A DNA stretch of 64,000 bases, taken from the NCBI GenBank assembly GCA_020724845.1, contig DYGE01000003.1:1377-65376 (forward strand), in the 5' to 3' direction. This DNA comes from Candidatus Paceibacter sp. Lineage in GTDB: Bacteria > Patescibacteriota > Minisyncoccia > UBA6257 > 02-FULL-45-10c. This document shows positions 35,815 through 45,366 of the stretch, piece after piece (within the stretch, counting starts at the first letter, position 1; the number at the start of each line of letters is the position of its first letter). The notes under the pieces were generated by a model. That model saw nothing but the letters and a program-made list of their open reading frames with translations, made no database searches and had not been told where the DNA came from. Position numbers and translations under genes: made by a program.

Positions 35815-35831
35815 ACGCAGTAAGATAAAAA

Positions 35832-36677
35832 ATGATGACAAAATATTACAAAACATTTATTTGGATTTTCATGGGGGTTATAGCTCTTGTTTGGGCAACC
35901 TCAATTATCATTCGGTCCCAAGAATCTCAAGAAAGCATACCGCCAGAAATTGTCGCTGATTTCCAAGAAGAGCTTATTGACCGCGCTTTGGCACGCGGGC
36001 CTATGCCTATAGAGGGATTCGAGGCCGCTATGCTTTTGGATATATTTCCTGGCCTTGAAGAAAGTGATTTTGATGGAGTACAGACAGGAATAATGGAAGA
36101 AGAGGGTGTGTATTTTTACATTGACGGCAAGCTTCAGTGGGAGAGAGCAAGCTATCAATCAATAACGTCTGGTGAGAAAACCGTATCAAGTGAAGGATAC
36201 GGGATACTTCTAGGGAATCTCGCACAAAGACTCGGCATGCCCGCTTCAAGCGCGGAAGAAGCGGTGGCAATTGTTGACGAAGTTGATATTCCGTCCGACA
36301 TTACCGACCATATCATTTCAAAGCGTGATCTGATTCGCGTGTATACCCCACGCCCACTTTCTGTTATTACCTCACCACTCACCGTCTGGGGTGAGGCGCG
36401 CGGCTCCTGGTATTTTGAAGCCGACTTTCAGCTTACCCTTGTTGATTGGGACGGCAGAATTATCGCCGAAAGTTACGCCAGCGCGCGTCTTGACCCCAAT
36501 GACCCAGAATCAACCTGGATGACCGAGGAATTCGTGCCGTTTGAAGGAACAATTGAGTTTGAGCTTTCAGAAGAGAATCGTGTGTACAACAGGGGTACGC
36601 TCATATTCCAGAAAGCTAATCCGTCAGGGTTGCCCGAAGAAGCCAACACTTTAGAAATCCCCGTTTTATTTGAATAA
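35832..36677 (+). CDS. Hypothetical secreted/membrane-anchored protein
   Basis: N-terminal TM anchor, acidic extracellular domain. Confidence 0.5.
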   Translation: MMTKYYKTFIWIFMGVIALVWATSIIIRSQESQESIPPEIVADFQEELIDRALARGPMPIEGFEAAMLLDIFPGLEESDFDGVQTGIMEEEGVYFYIDGKLQWERASYQSITSGEKTVSSEGYGILLGNLAQRLGMPASSAEEAVAIVDEVDIPSDITDHIISKRDLIRVYTPRPLSVITSPLTVWGEARGSWYFEADFQLTLVDWDGRIIAESYASARLDPNDPESTWMTEEFVPFEGTIEFELSEENRVYNRGTLIFQKANPSGLPEEANTLEIPVLFE

Positions 36678-36692
36678 TCACGGGTTCATACT

Positions 36693-37742
36693 ATGACAAA
36701 ATCTCATAAAATACTTATCGGGATTATAGCTCTGCTTATTATAGGAGGCGTGATTTATAGTGTTCATCTTGTTGACCGCAGGAAGGACATGACGAAGAAT
36801 GAGTTATCAGACGTAGGGATCAACATTCCCCCTGGTTGGTATGAACATCGATTAACTGGTACACATATTATTTTGACAAAGCAGGAAGATCTCCCCGACA
36901 TTGGTGCCACTGAAGGATATGCCTACGGCGAACAGATAAATATTAGCGTCTTACCAGCAGGTATACCGTCGAAAGAGTGGGTTAGCCAAAATTTTATGGA
37001 CCTGGAGGATGTACTTGTTAAGGAGGCGGCGTGGAGCATTGTAGATAACGGAGATACTATTATTGATCCTGGCGATATAACTTTTCTGCGCGTAGAGCAT
37101 GAGACTCCTGCAGAGCCGCAATTAACCTATTATGTTTTTGAAAACGGGCGCGTGTATGTATTTTCACTTTATCCTCTTGAACCGCAAAATGCGGAGCGGT
37201 TGGATGCGTTGGAATCGGTAATGCGTTCATATACCAGTATTGGCGCAGATGAACGCATTCGCATTAACGGGGCGGTCACCGCGCTTGCGGACGGCTGGTC
37301 GGCATACCGCAACGAAGAATTAGGCATTGCCTTTGAATACCCATCCATTGTAAACGGAGAGAACATCTTTGTATCCGAGTTTGGGCCTTCCGAAAGAAAT
37401 GGCGTTGCAACAGATGGAGGAGTTTCGTTTTATCCAGACAGTCGTTTTGGTTTTATCAGCATTTCTGTTGCGCGTGCGCCATTTACAACAGTAGAAGACT
37501 GGTTTGATTGGAGAGAAGAACAGGTCGGCTATTCTATCTATAAAGATGGAGAAACAATAATTGACGGTCAGCGAACACTCATTACACATACCCCACAAGA
37601 AGCGGGCGCCCCGCTTCATCCCGAAGAAAACCGCTGGCGGACGACTGTTTTTTTCAAGAATGGCACGTTGTATAAAATCTTTACCCGTGCGGTACCCTAC
37701 GAGGATGTACAAAAGATTTGGGAAACATTTCAGGTTCTCTAA
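36693..37742 (+). CDS. Hypothetical secreted/membrane-anchored protein
   Basis: N-terminal TM anchor. ORF 349 aa. Confidence 0.5.
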   Translation: MTKSHKILIGIIALLIIGGVIYSVHLVDRRKDMTKNELSDVGINIPPGWYEHRLTGTHIILTKQEDLPDIGATEGYAYGEQINISVLPAGIPSKEWVSQNFMDLEDVLVKEAAWSIVDNGDTIIDPGDITFLRVEHETPAEPQLTYYVFENGRVYVFSLYPLEPQNAERLDALESVMRSYTSIGADERIRINGAVTALADGWSAYRNEELGIAFEYPSIVNGENIFVSEFGPSERNGVATDGGVSFYPDSRFGFISISVARAPFTTVEDWFDWREEQVGYSIYKDGETIIDGQRTLITHTPQEAGAPLHPEENRWRTTVFFKNGTLYKIFTRAVPYEDVQKIWETFQVL

Positions 37743-37791
37743 GCCCTAATGGCCTTCTTCGTATTAATGAAACTTGGTAAAATAAAAAACA

Positions 37792-38571
37792 ATGAAAAAA
37801 CCTAATAAAATTATTATCGGGTTCGTTATCTTGGCCCTGCTTGTCGGAGGCTTCTTTGTTTTAAATTCGTATATCTACAATGAAAAGCAGGCCGTTACCG
37901 CAGACGACTATAAGAACGCGGAATTTATCATAGAGGGTGAACGAATAACGCTTGGCGGAGAGGCGCGCTATTTTGGAAATGATCTTATGACCGACCTGAA
38001 TGACGACGGACGTGATGACGTTATCTTTCTCATTACGCATGAACCAGGCGGTAGTGGCACCTTTTACTACGCCGTTGCCGCACTCAATACCGAATATGGC
38101 TATATCGGCTCTGACGGCTATTTCTTGGGTGACCGCATCGCGCCACAGACAATTGAGGAGAGCCAAAACCCGCGCCATGTAAATGTCATTGTAGTGAACT
38201 ATGCTGACCGTGCCCCAGGCGAACCGATGACTGCCGAGCCATCAGTCGGTAAGAGCGTGTATCTTAAGCTCGACCCAACGGCAATGCAGTGGGGCATCGT
38301 TGAGCCAGACTTTGAAGGAGAAAGTGTTTTGCCGCTTGCGGACGAACTTATCCTTAACTGCCAGCAGGATATTCCACGGGAGAAAATAGATGATTCGGTC
38401 CTAGACATAGAGCGCGGAACGGTAACCGTTTACTGGTGGGATGGACAGCTACAGGATAATGTTTCGCTGATCCTTCCATATCAACCTGAAACTGATTTCG
38501 CGGGCTGCTCGGAATCAGTAAGAGACTTCTTGCGCCATATCCAAGATACTTATGAAGACAATAAGGATTAA
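37792..38571 (+). CDS. Hypothetical secreted/membrane-anchored protein
   Basis: N-terminal TM anchor. ORF 259 aa. Confidence 0.5.
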   Translation: MKKPNKIIIGFVILALLVGGFFVLNSYIYNEKQAVTADDYKNAEFIIEGERITLGGEARYFGNDLMTDLNDDGRDDVIFLITHEPGGSGTFYYAVAALNTEYGYIGSDGYFLGDRIAPQTIEESQNPRHVNVIVVNYADRAPGEPMTAEPSVGKSVYLKLDPTAMQWGIVEPDFEGESVLPLADELILNCQQDIPREKIDDSVLDIERGTVTVYWWDGQLQDNVSLILPYQPETDFAGCSESVRDFLRHIQDTYEDNKD

Positions 38572-39289
38572 ATACTTTTTTATTATGCCAAAGCAAAAAA
38601 TTACCATTATAGCCGCAACAGTTCTTGTCCTCATTGGAGGAGCGGTGTTTTTTAATAATCAAAAGGAGGGCAACGATTCTTTCAGCGGGTCAGGCGTGCT
38701 CAGTCCAATTCAGGAGGTCTATGCCGCTTTGCCAGAGCAGGCAAAGCCTTTTTATTACCAGCAGAGCGAAGGATTGACTAAACCTGTTCCCGAACGACTG
38801 GTAGAGCTTGATCAGCTGACCATCGGCTGTTTTGGAGCGGATACTATTATGCAGATGTCGCCAGACGACACGAATCTTGGCGGGCAGTGTTGCGGTGTTC
38901 TGAAGGATATAGAAGCATACGAGGCCCAGCTTCCCGCTCTGCATGCCTTTATTGAAGAAAACGGAAACATAGACCTGATTCCTAGAGACCCCTATGACAT
39001 ACCCGTTACCCATGCGCAAACTCTAATCGGATTTGACCAGGAAATCATGCTGTCAGTAGAAGAGCAGGACATATACGATGAGGCCGTAATCCTTTCCCAT
39101 CACGGCGGCCCCTGCTGCTGTAAGTGCTGGAAATGGTACATGATGTCTGGCCTGGGCAAGAAGCTGATTGCAGAACACGGCTGGGATGCCGAACAGCTGG
39201 CTGAGCTCTGGGATTTATCCAGCTCATGCGGTCATGCCGAAGATACGAATATGCAGAAGCACTACGAGCACGACGATGAAGCGGTTTAA
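38552..39289 (+). CDS. Hypothetical secreted protein with several Cys pairs
   Basis: N-terminal TM anchor. CC..CC motifs (GGPCCCKCW). Confidence 0.5.
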   Translation: MKTIRIKYFFIMPKQKITIIAATVLVLIGGAVFFNNQKEGNDSFSGSGVLSPIQEVYAALPEQAKPFYYQQSEGLTKPVPERLVELDQLTIGCFGADTIMQMSPDDTNLGGQCCGVLKDIEAYEAQLPALHAFIEENGNIDLIPRDPYDIPVTHAQTLIGFDQEIMLSVEEQDIYDEAVILSHHGGPCCCKCWKWYMMSGLGKKLIAEHGWDAEQLAELWDLSSSCGHAEDTNMQKHYEHDDEAV

Positions 39290-39407
39290 TCAGTACGCTT
39301 TCCCCGTTTCAATCAACCGCACGGCTGCCTGGAGGGCATAGGGCGTTTCGCCCTCTATCAGAGCCGTGCGTATATCTTCTGTTACGCGGAGCCAAATAAA
39401 AATCCGT

Positions 39408-39674
39408 CTAGTCAGACGGGTTTTCCATTATCTTGGATAAATCCTCAAAAAGTTTTTCCATATTTTCTTTAAGCTCTTTGATTTTCTTTGAGTCCGCGGG
39501 TTTCAGTTCAATGTTATGATCTTCTTTGCAGTGCCTAATCATTTGACCTAGTTTAATTCTTTTTTTGCAGTACTCGCAGATACTACAGCAGGGGATGCAG
39601 CTGAGATCATCGCAATGTTTCATCTCTGGGTTGGTGTGGCAGGGACATTCACACTTGAATTTTGACATTCCCAA
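39408..39674 (-). CDS. Small Cys-rich metal-binding protein
   Basis: 88 aa with CECPCH, CIPCCSICEYC and HC motifs. Confidence 0.4.
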   Translation of the reverse strand: MGMSKFKCECPCHTNPEMKHCDDLSCIPCCSICEYCKKRIKLGQMIRHCKEDHNIELKPADSKKIKELKENMEKLFEDLSKIMENPSD

Positions 39675-39844
39675 ACTCTGACTAGCTTACTAGTCCAAAT
39701 AATAATTTACTTAATAATTTTTTGCAATATAATTAAATTTTCACAACCCTGACTCTAAAATTCTTTACGATTGGGAGTAAAATTTCTTCTCAAATACCCC
39801 AATAATCCTGTGGTTTTTGTGTAAAATGGAGTTATTATCTAAAT

Positions 39845-40609
39845 ATGAAAACACTAGAACAACCGCCAAAGGAATCAAACAAATTAAAGAAAGAGATAGA
39901 TCCTCGGGGGCGTAAGGAAGAAATTAAGAAATATAATTTTGAGGAATTTGAGAGATTAGAAAAATCCACTATTAGCTTAGTCGAACAACTAAAAGAAAAA
40001 ATAGACAGAGGGGAATATGATATGTTGATCAGCGACGATTCTAGCGGTAGATTACATACTCTAATACTAAGAAAGGTAATTAACGAGAGGAATAGAAAAA
40101 TGCATCCAGAGTTGCCTCAAAATGAAACTGAGGTTAAGACTAGGTTTATCGCGGGAGGGACCGATATAGATGATAGATATTCAAAAATCTCAGAGTTTTT
40201 TCAAAAACTACGGCCAGAGGTTAAGAAAAAGGCTCTGTTAGTTACGGAGTATATGAACACCGGAAGAAGTATAAGATATTTAGCCGAATTGATTGAGCAT
40301 AGCGGCATAGATTTTGATATTGCTACAGACAGGGCCGAGGATACTCCCGAGGGATATAAAAGAAAGTTCCCGAATACTTTAGGAAGTAAAGTTGTATATG
40401 TAGGCATGGTCGGCAGAGAATTCCCTCTCTATAAGAAGCCTTGGCTTACGGGCGTTGAAAAGAAATTATTTAGTTCTGAAGCTCATCCAAGAGCGTATAG
40501 GGATAACCTCGATGCGCCGATTCAGGGTTCTCAGGAGGATGTGAATAAAGCCAGAGAAGATGTGGGTATTTTAGCCGACAAGGTATTACGGGAAGTTTGG
40601 GGAGATTAA
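39845..40609 (+). CDS. Hypothetical protein with a weak phosphoribosyltransferase-like motif
   Basis: ALLVTEYMNTGRSI resembles the PRTase PRPP-binding loop. Otherwise ORF only. Confidence 0.35.
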   Translation: MKTLEQPPKESNKLKKEIDPRGRKEEIKKYNFEEFERLEKSTISLVEQLKEKIDRGEYDMLISDDSSGRLHTLILRKVINERNRKMHPELPQNETEVKTRFIAGGTDIDDRYSKISEFFQKLRPEVKKKALLVTEYMNTGRSIRYLAELIEHSGIDFDIATDRAEDTPEGYKRKFPNTLGSKVVYVGMVGREFPLYKKPWLTGVEKKLFSSEAHPRAYRDNLDAPIQGSQEDVNKAREDVGILADKVLREVWGD

Positions 40610-40693
40610 TTATCAACAAATCCTGGTTTTCTGGTCGGGCGGGCTAGGTGGGCAAGCTGTCAGGCGAGGTAACCAAACAACAGACTAATCTCT

Positions 40694-41614
40694 GTGGTTT
40701 TTTTGATTTGGTTTACAAAATGCCCATTTCAGTCTATTGTCAGAAACATGGAGAAACTTCCATCAAAAAAAGAAAATATTGACGGTATTATCATGCCAGA
40801 GAACTTTGAGGCGCGCAGAAAGCAACTTTCAGAACGAATGTGGAGCGGAGAATATGATGAAGCGCTTCCGCTTGCAGATAAGATGTTAGAATATCGTACA
40901 GAACAAGGAGACAGAGACGCCGCGCTTGTAAACTATGCGAGTAATTATTATTCTGTGGCATCAAGGTTGTGGAAAGAAAAAGGAGCTAAAGAAATAGCTT
41001 CAGTTGGGGGGCATATGAACACAGCGTTGCGCGCTCTCCAGGAGCGATTAGAAAAGGAAATTGAAGCGGGTGGAGGAAAAAAAGAAGGAATGATCCCGGT
41101 TTCGCTTAATAGAATGACAGCAAGCGAACTTGATGTAATGCAGGTAGTTTACAGAAAGGCAGCCGTAATTGCGGATAAAGTTCCTTTAGTAAAGCCTATG
41201 AGGACATTATTGTTAAGCAAAGAAAATGATAAAGTCCGTGATTGGGACGCGGCCGCGCTTCTTTCAATTAGGGCAGGTCTTAATAAAGTTCGGGATGCGG
41301 AAAAATCTGGAAAACCAGAGCCGCCTCATACGGAAATCTTTCTGCGGATAGGGGCATTTGAAATAGCCAAGCGATACGGATGGGATAACGACGCGCAAAC
41401 TCGCGCTAAGAAGATTTTTGAACTCGCGGAACGCTACCCGTGGCCATCAAAAGAAGAAAAGTCAGATAAAAGCGTTTATGGTCAGGCCGCCAGAGTGGCG
41501 AGGCAACTTAGAGATGTGGCTCGGACAACCGATGATAAAGAAAAAGCCGCGGAGTACGAAGAAAAAGCAAAGTCTTATTCAGAAGAGGTGCCAGACCAAA
41601 AAGCAAAACTTTGA
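40694..41614 (+). CDS. Hypothetical protein. The real start may be the MEKLPSKK methionine at about 40748.
   Basis: ORF only, alpha-helical and charged. Confidence 0.45.
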   Translation: MVFLIWFTKCPFQSIVRNMEKLPSKKENIDGIIMPENFEARRKQLSERMWSGEYDEALPLADKMLEYRTEQGDRDAALVNYASNYYSVASRLWKEKGAKEIASVGGHMNTALRALQERLEKEIEAGGGKKEGMIPVSLNRMTASELDVMQVVYRKAAVIADKVPLVKPMRTLLLSKENDKVRDWDAAALLSIRAGLNKVRDAEKSGKPEPPHTEIFLRIGAFEIAKRYGWDNDAQTRAKKIFELAERYPWPSKEEKSDKSVYGQAARVARQLRDVARTTDDKEKAAEYEEKAKSYSEEVPDQKAKL

Positions 41615-41718
41615 AATGGGAGATTACTAAAAGCTGCCCAAAACAGAATAATGGTTGCGTCCCGGACTTTTTTGGATTATCCTAAGAATTAGCAAAACTA
41701 ATTCAGGTTCGTCTCCAA

Positions 41719-41994
41719 GTGAACAAAGGTCCTCTTGCTAAGTGGGAAGACAATGATTCAAGGCATGAAAATCTAGTTTGGTGGTCCAGGTTGGATAACC
41801 GCTACCAGATTGAGGTTCAGAGGACCGGGGAACGCGCGGGAGATTTGGTAATTTATGACCATAGCGATGGCGACAAGGAGCTTCTTAGAGAGTCGGTAGG
41901 GCTCTCTTATGGGGCAAGGTTCGGTCCCGACGTTTCCGATGTGGAAGATTGGAAAGAGCGAGCTGTCAAATTTGTAGACGGATTAGAGCAGTAA
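41719..41994 (+). CDS. Small hypothetical protein
   Basis: ORF followed by a terminator hairpin at 41994-42019. Confidence 0.35.
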   Translation: MNKGPLAKWEDNDSRHENLVWWSRLDNRYQIEVQRTGERAGDLVIYDHSDGDKELLRESVGLSYGARFGPDVSDVEDWKERAVKFVDGLEQ

Positions 41995-42034
41995 CCGCTC
42001 AATAGGGCGGTTTTTTCTTTGGTTTCTGGTATAA

Positions 42035-42271
42035 TTGGAATGTCGTACTAATTTAAAAATTCGATCTTATATGAAAACTTTAAAATGTGATTTGTGCGAA
42101 CACGAAGCTCAAGGCGAAACATTTGAGCAATGGATGGAGGCGATGAAGCCTCATTATGCCGAAGCGCACGCGGACTTTATGAGGCAACAGGGCGAAAAGT
42201 CGGAAGAAGAACAGAAAGCAGGGATGCAAAAGTGGGTGACCGATAACAAGGCGCGATTTGAAGCCGCGTAG
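42035..42271 (+). CDS. Small hypothetical protein
   Basis: ORF followed by a bidirectional hairpin at 42316-42333. Confidence 0.35.
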   Translation: MECRTNLKIRSYMKTLKCDLCEHEAQGETFEQWMEAMKPHYAEAHADFMRQQGEKSEEEQKAGMQKWVTDNKARFEAA

Positions 42272-42347
42272 ACTTTGGGCACGGCCTCAATATAAACTGA
42301 GTTCTCAATAAAAAATCCGCTCATTGAGAGCGGGTTTGAACTTTGTA

Positions 42348-42881
42348 TTAGCGCTTATCTTCTAACTTGATGAGCCTAGCTTTGTTATGGGCTCCGACTA
42401 GCAATCCGTAGCTTTCTCTAAATCTTCTCTCTTCCCACCTCGGTGGCAAGTCTTTCAAATAGAACCCGCCAATAAAGGAACTAATTCCACTAGAGAACAC
42501 TAAAATAGCAAGGGGCAAACTTTGAATCACCGAGAGGCATATCATGGTCCCGCCTCCAGCAATCACTATTCCCAGAATGGCGAAGAGAAGACCATCTCCG
42601 GTTTTCTCCGATAGCCTTGAGAGAGCCGCGGGTAGTTTTACCTTTTCATCTACTAGACCGGCAAGAATGGGAAGTTCTTCTTTGCTAAATTCACTAACTT
42701 GTTTCCGGCTTATACCGAGATATCGCTCGGCAAGTTCGGGTAGGCACTGCTCAATTTGTTTTAGAGCTTCCTGTTGTTCGGCAGCTATTTTTGTAGCTTG
42801 GTTTTTCCTCTGCAAAATCGCCAGCTTGGCTATCGCTTTCTCTCGAGGATGCTGTGTGACCAGAGACTTGTTTTCAACCAT
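42348..42881 (-). CDS. Hypothetical membrane protein
   Basis: ORF with two C-terminal TM helices. Confidence 0.4.
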   Translation of the reverse strand: MVENKSLVTQHPREKAIAKLAILQRKNQATKIAAEQQEALKQIEQCLPELAERYLGISRKQVSEFSKEELPILAGLVDEKVKLPAALSRLSEKTGDGLLFAILGIVIAGGGTMICLSVIQSLPLAILVFSSGISSFIGGFYLKDLPPRWEERRFRESYGLLVGAHNKARLIKLEDKR

Positions 42882-42990
42882 TTATACACCTTTCTCAAAG
42901 TTCTTAGGATGCCTATATATTATCAGAAAAAATTGAGTTTGGCAAGTGTTGATTTGGGAGTATTTGCTTTTTAAGCATTATTGACTGGGG

Positions 42991-43629
42991 ATGATTTTAG
43001 AGTTTAGACTTCAAGGAATTATGGGAGAATCAAATAAATCTCTAATATTTAAATGGAAAGACAGTCTCGCCCCAGCCCGAATTTCAAAGATAATAAGGGA
43101 TGGCGGAACGGGCGTTCTTCCTACGGACACTATCTACGGGCTGGTTGCTTCGGCGCTTGATAAAAAAGCGGTGGGAAAAGTTTATAAAATGCGCGAGCGA
43201 AATCCTAAGAAGCCATTCATTATACTCATCAGTTCTGTCAGGGATTTGGAAATTTTTGGCATCAGGGTTGATAAAAAATTGAGATCATTGCTGTTTAAAT
43301 TCTGGCCAGGCAAAGTTAGCGTTATTTTGCCCTGTCCGTTGAAGCGCTATCACTATCTTCACAGGGGCACGAACAGTTTGGCTTTCCGTTTGCCGGCAAA
43401 TGAAGATTTGATTGAAATTCTAAAAAAGACCGGGCCCCTGATCGCGCCTAGCGCCAATTTGGAAGGACTCCCGCCGGCAAAAACTATTGAGCGGGCCAGA
43501 AAATATTTTGGCGACCAAGCGGAATTTTACGCGGACAGCGGCAAGTTGGATTCGCCGCCATCAACTCTTATAAGAATTTCGGCAAACGGAGAGGTTGCGG
43601 TTTTAAGGCGCGGAGCGATGAAGATTTGA
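42991..43629 (+). CDS. tsaC: L-threonylcarbamoyladenylate synthase (YrdC/TsaC family)
   Basis: GGTGVLPTDTIYGL, KPFIIL, GPLIAPSANLEG motifs. Confidence 0.8.
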   Translation: MILEFRLQGIMGESNKSLIFKWKDSLAPARISKIIRDGGTGVLPTDTIYGLVASALDKKAVGKVYKMRERNPKKPFIILISSVRDLEIFGIRVDKKLRSLLFKFWPGKVSVILPCPLKRYHYLHRGTNSLAFRLPANEDLIEILKKTGPLIAPSANLEGLPPAKTIERARKYFGDQAEFYADSGKLDSPPSTLIRISANGEVAVLRRGAMKI

Positions 43630-43652
43630 GAAACGAGGTTAAATAATTGCTA

Positions 43653-43681
43653 TTGACTTTATGGGAGATTTTTGATACTAT
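43653..43681 (+). promoter_or_regulatory. Sigma70-like promoter (TTGACT, 17-bp spacer, TACTAT) upstream of the SPFH gene. It is followed by a 5'UTR hairpin ATCCCG..CGGGAT and a strong SD AAAGGAGG.
   Basis: Direct reading. Confidence 0.45.
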
Positions 43682-43747
43682 ATGTATCGGCATATCCCGG
43701 TGCAGAATTGATCGGGATATTCACAAACGAAAAAGGAGGCGGGGAGT

Positions 43748-45088
43748 ATGAACCTGCTGCTGTTGTTGCCGTTGCTGTTGGTTGTCGTAGCCGTAGCGGG
43801 CCTTTTGGCCGCGGTGATGTTCCGCCGGGTGGTTAGCACCAATACGGTGCATATCGTGCAAAGCCGCACTAAGACGACTCCGTACGGGACTCAACAGGGC
43901 GAAGGCAACGTCTATTACCAGTGGCCCTCATGGGTTCCTGGTCTGGGCGTTACGGTCATCGAGTTGCCGGTCAGCAACTTTGACCTTTCGCTGAAGGACT
44001 ACGAAGCCTATGACAAAGACCGCGTGCCTTTCAAGGTTGATGTTACGGCGTTCTTCCGCATTGAAAACACGGCGCTGGCCGCTCAACGAGTGTCCAACAT
44101 CAAGGAACTGGAAGAGCAGCTTTCGCTGATCGTGCAGGGCGCGGTGAGAAAGGTGCTCGCTTCGGACGTTATTGACTCCATCATGCTGGAGCGTTCCAAG
44201 TTCGGCGACGAGTTTACCAAGGAGGTTGCGGAACAGCTTAAAGAGTGGGGCGTGAGGTCGGTGAAGTCCATGGAGCTGATGGATATCCGCGACGCCCACG
44301 ACAGCAAGGTCATTTCCAACATCATGGCCAAGAAGACGTCGCATATTGAAATGGAGAGCCGCACGGAAGTCGCCAAGAACACCAAAGCGGCCGAGACGGC
44401 GGAGATTGAGTCCAGGGAGGCCGTTGACATCCGCAAGCAAGTGGCCGAAGAGGCGGTCGGCAAGCGTACGGCCGAGAAGGAGAGGACCGTCGGCATTGCC
44501 AACCAGCAGTCCCGCCAGGAAGTTCTCGCGCAGGAGAAGGTGACGCAGGAACGCGACATGGAAGTGAAGCGGGTTCAGCAGGTCAAGATGGCGGAGATCA
44601 CCAAGGAACAGCAGGTCGTCGCTGCCGAGCAGGAGAAGGAGACGATGGTCATCAAAGCCGAGGGCGGCCTGGAAGCCCAGCGCAAGGAAGCGGAGGGCGT
44701 CAAGGTGCTCGGCGAGGCGAAGGCCGATGCCGAGAAGGCCATGCAGATGGCGCCGGTGCAGGCGCAGATCGCGCTTGCCCAGGAGATCGGCGAAAACGAA
44801 GGGTATCAGAAATATCTGGCGATGATTGAGGCCGTTAAGGCATACCTCACGGTCGGCAGCAAGCAGGCCGAGGCCTTGCAGAAGGCCGAGGTCAAGGTGA
44901 TCGCCAATACTGGCCACCCTACGGCTGGCGCTCGAGATGTGATGGATCTGTTTACGTCCAAGGGCGGAACGGACTTGGCCGCTATGGTTGAAGGGTTCGC
45001 CCAGACGCCGCTAGGCCAAGCGACCTTGAGCAAGCTGGGGGTCACGACGAACGGCCATTCGCCCGAGGCGCCGAAAGCGGGAAAGTAA
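43748..45088 (+). CDS. SPFH/band-7 (flotillin-like) membrane protein. Strongly GC-rich relative to its surroundings.
   Basis: N-terminal TM helix, SPFH-domain pattern (VPFKVDVTAFFRIEN...), long Ala/Glu/Gln-rich coiled coil typical of flotillin/YqiK. Confidence 0.8.
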   Translation: MNLLLLLPLLLVVVAVAGLLAAVMFRRVVSTNTVHIVQSRTKTTPYGTQQGEGNVYYQWPSWVPGLGVTVIELPVSNFDLSLKDYEAYDKDRVPFKVDVTAFFRIENTALAAQRVSNIKELEEQLSLIVQGAVRKVLASDVIDSIMLERSKFGDEFTKEVAEQLKEWGVRSVKSMELMDIRDAHDSKVISNIMAKKTSHIEMESRTEVAKNTKAAETAEIESREAVDIRKQVAEEAVGKRTAEKERTVGIANQQSRQEVLAQEKVTQERDMEVKRVQQVKMAEITKEQQVVAAEQEKETMVIKAEGGLEAQRKEAEGVKVLGEAKADAEKAMQMAPVQAQIALAQEIGENEGYQKYLAMIEAVKAYLTVGSKQAEALQKAEVKVIANTGHPTAGARDVMDLFTSKGGTDLAAMVEGFAQTPLGQATLSKLGVTTNGHSPEAPKAGK

Positions 45089-45131
45089 TTTAGTTCGCTA
45101 CCAGCGGACAAAACAAACCACTCTAACCAGG

Positions 45132-45365
45132 GTGGTTTTTCTTTTTAATTGGCGAGGCAAAAAAAGAAAATTGCATATCTTTGATATAATTAAAATTATG
45201 AAAGAGTTGATGGCGAAAATTAAATTAAGCGAAATATTTTTCTTGGCTTCCGGGCTTGGGATTCTATTTTCTCTCCCTTGGCTTGAGGGCGGCGGATTTT
45301 CTGTTTGGGCGGTTGCCAAGGCCGCTTATTTCGCCGGGGTAATACTATTAATTTTCAAAAAATAA
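45132..45365 (+). CDS. Small membrane protein
   Basis: ORF with two hydrophobic segments. Confidence 0.3.
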   Translation: MVFLFNWRGKKRKLHIFDIIKIMKELMAKIKLSEIFFLASGLGILFSLPWLEGGGFSVWAVAKAAYFAGVILLIFKK

Positions 45366-45366
45366 A

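Noticed and set aside
43928-44917. 329-aa and 158-aa antisense ORFs, and other long opposite-strand ORFs, inside the SPFH gene
   Set aside because: They are a by-product of the high GC content of the flotillin-like gene, which leaves few stop codons on the opposite strand. The products are low-complexity Leu/Arg/Gly-rich. The sense strand has clear SPFH motifs, a promoter and an SD.
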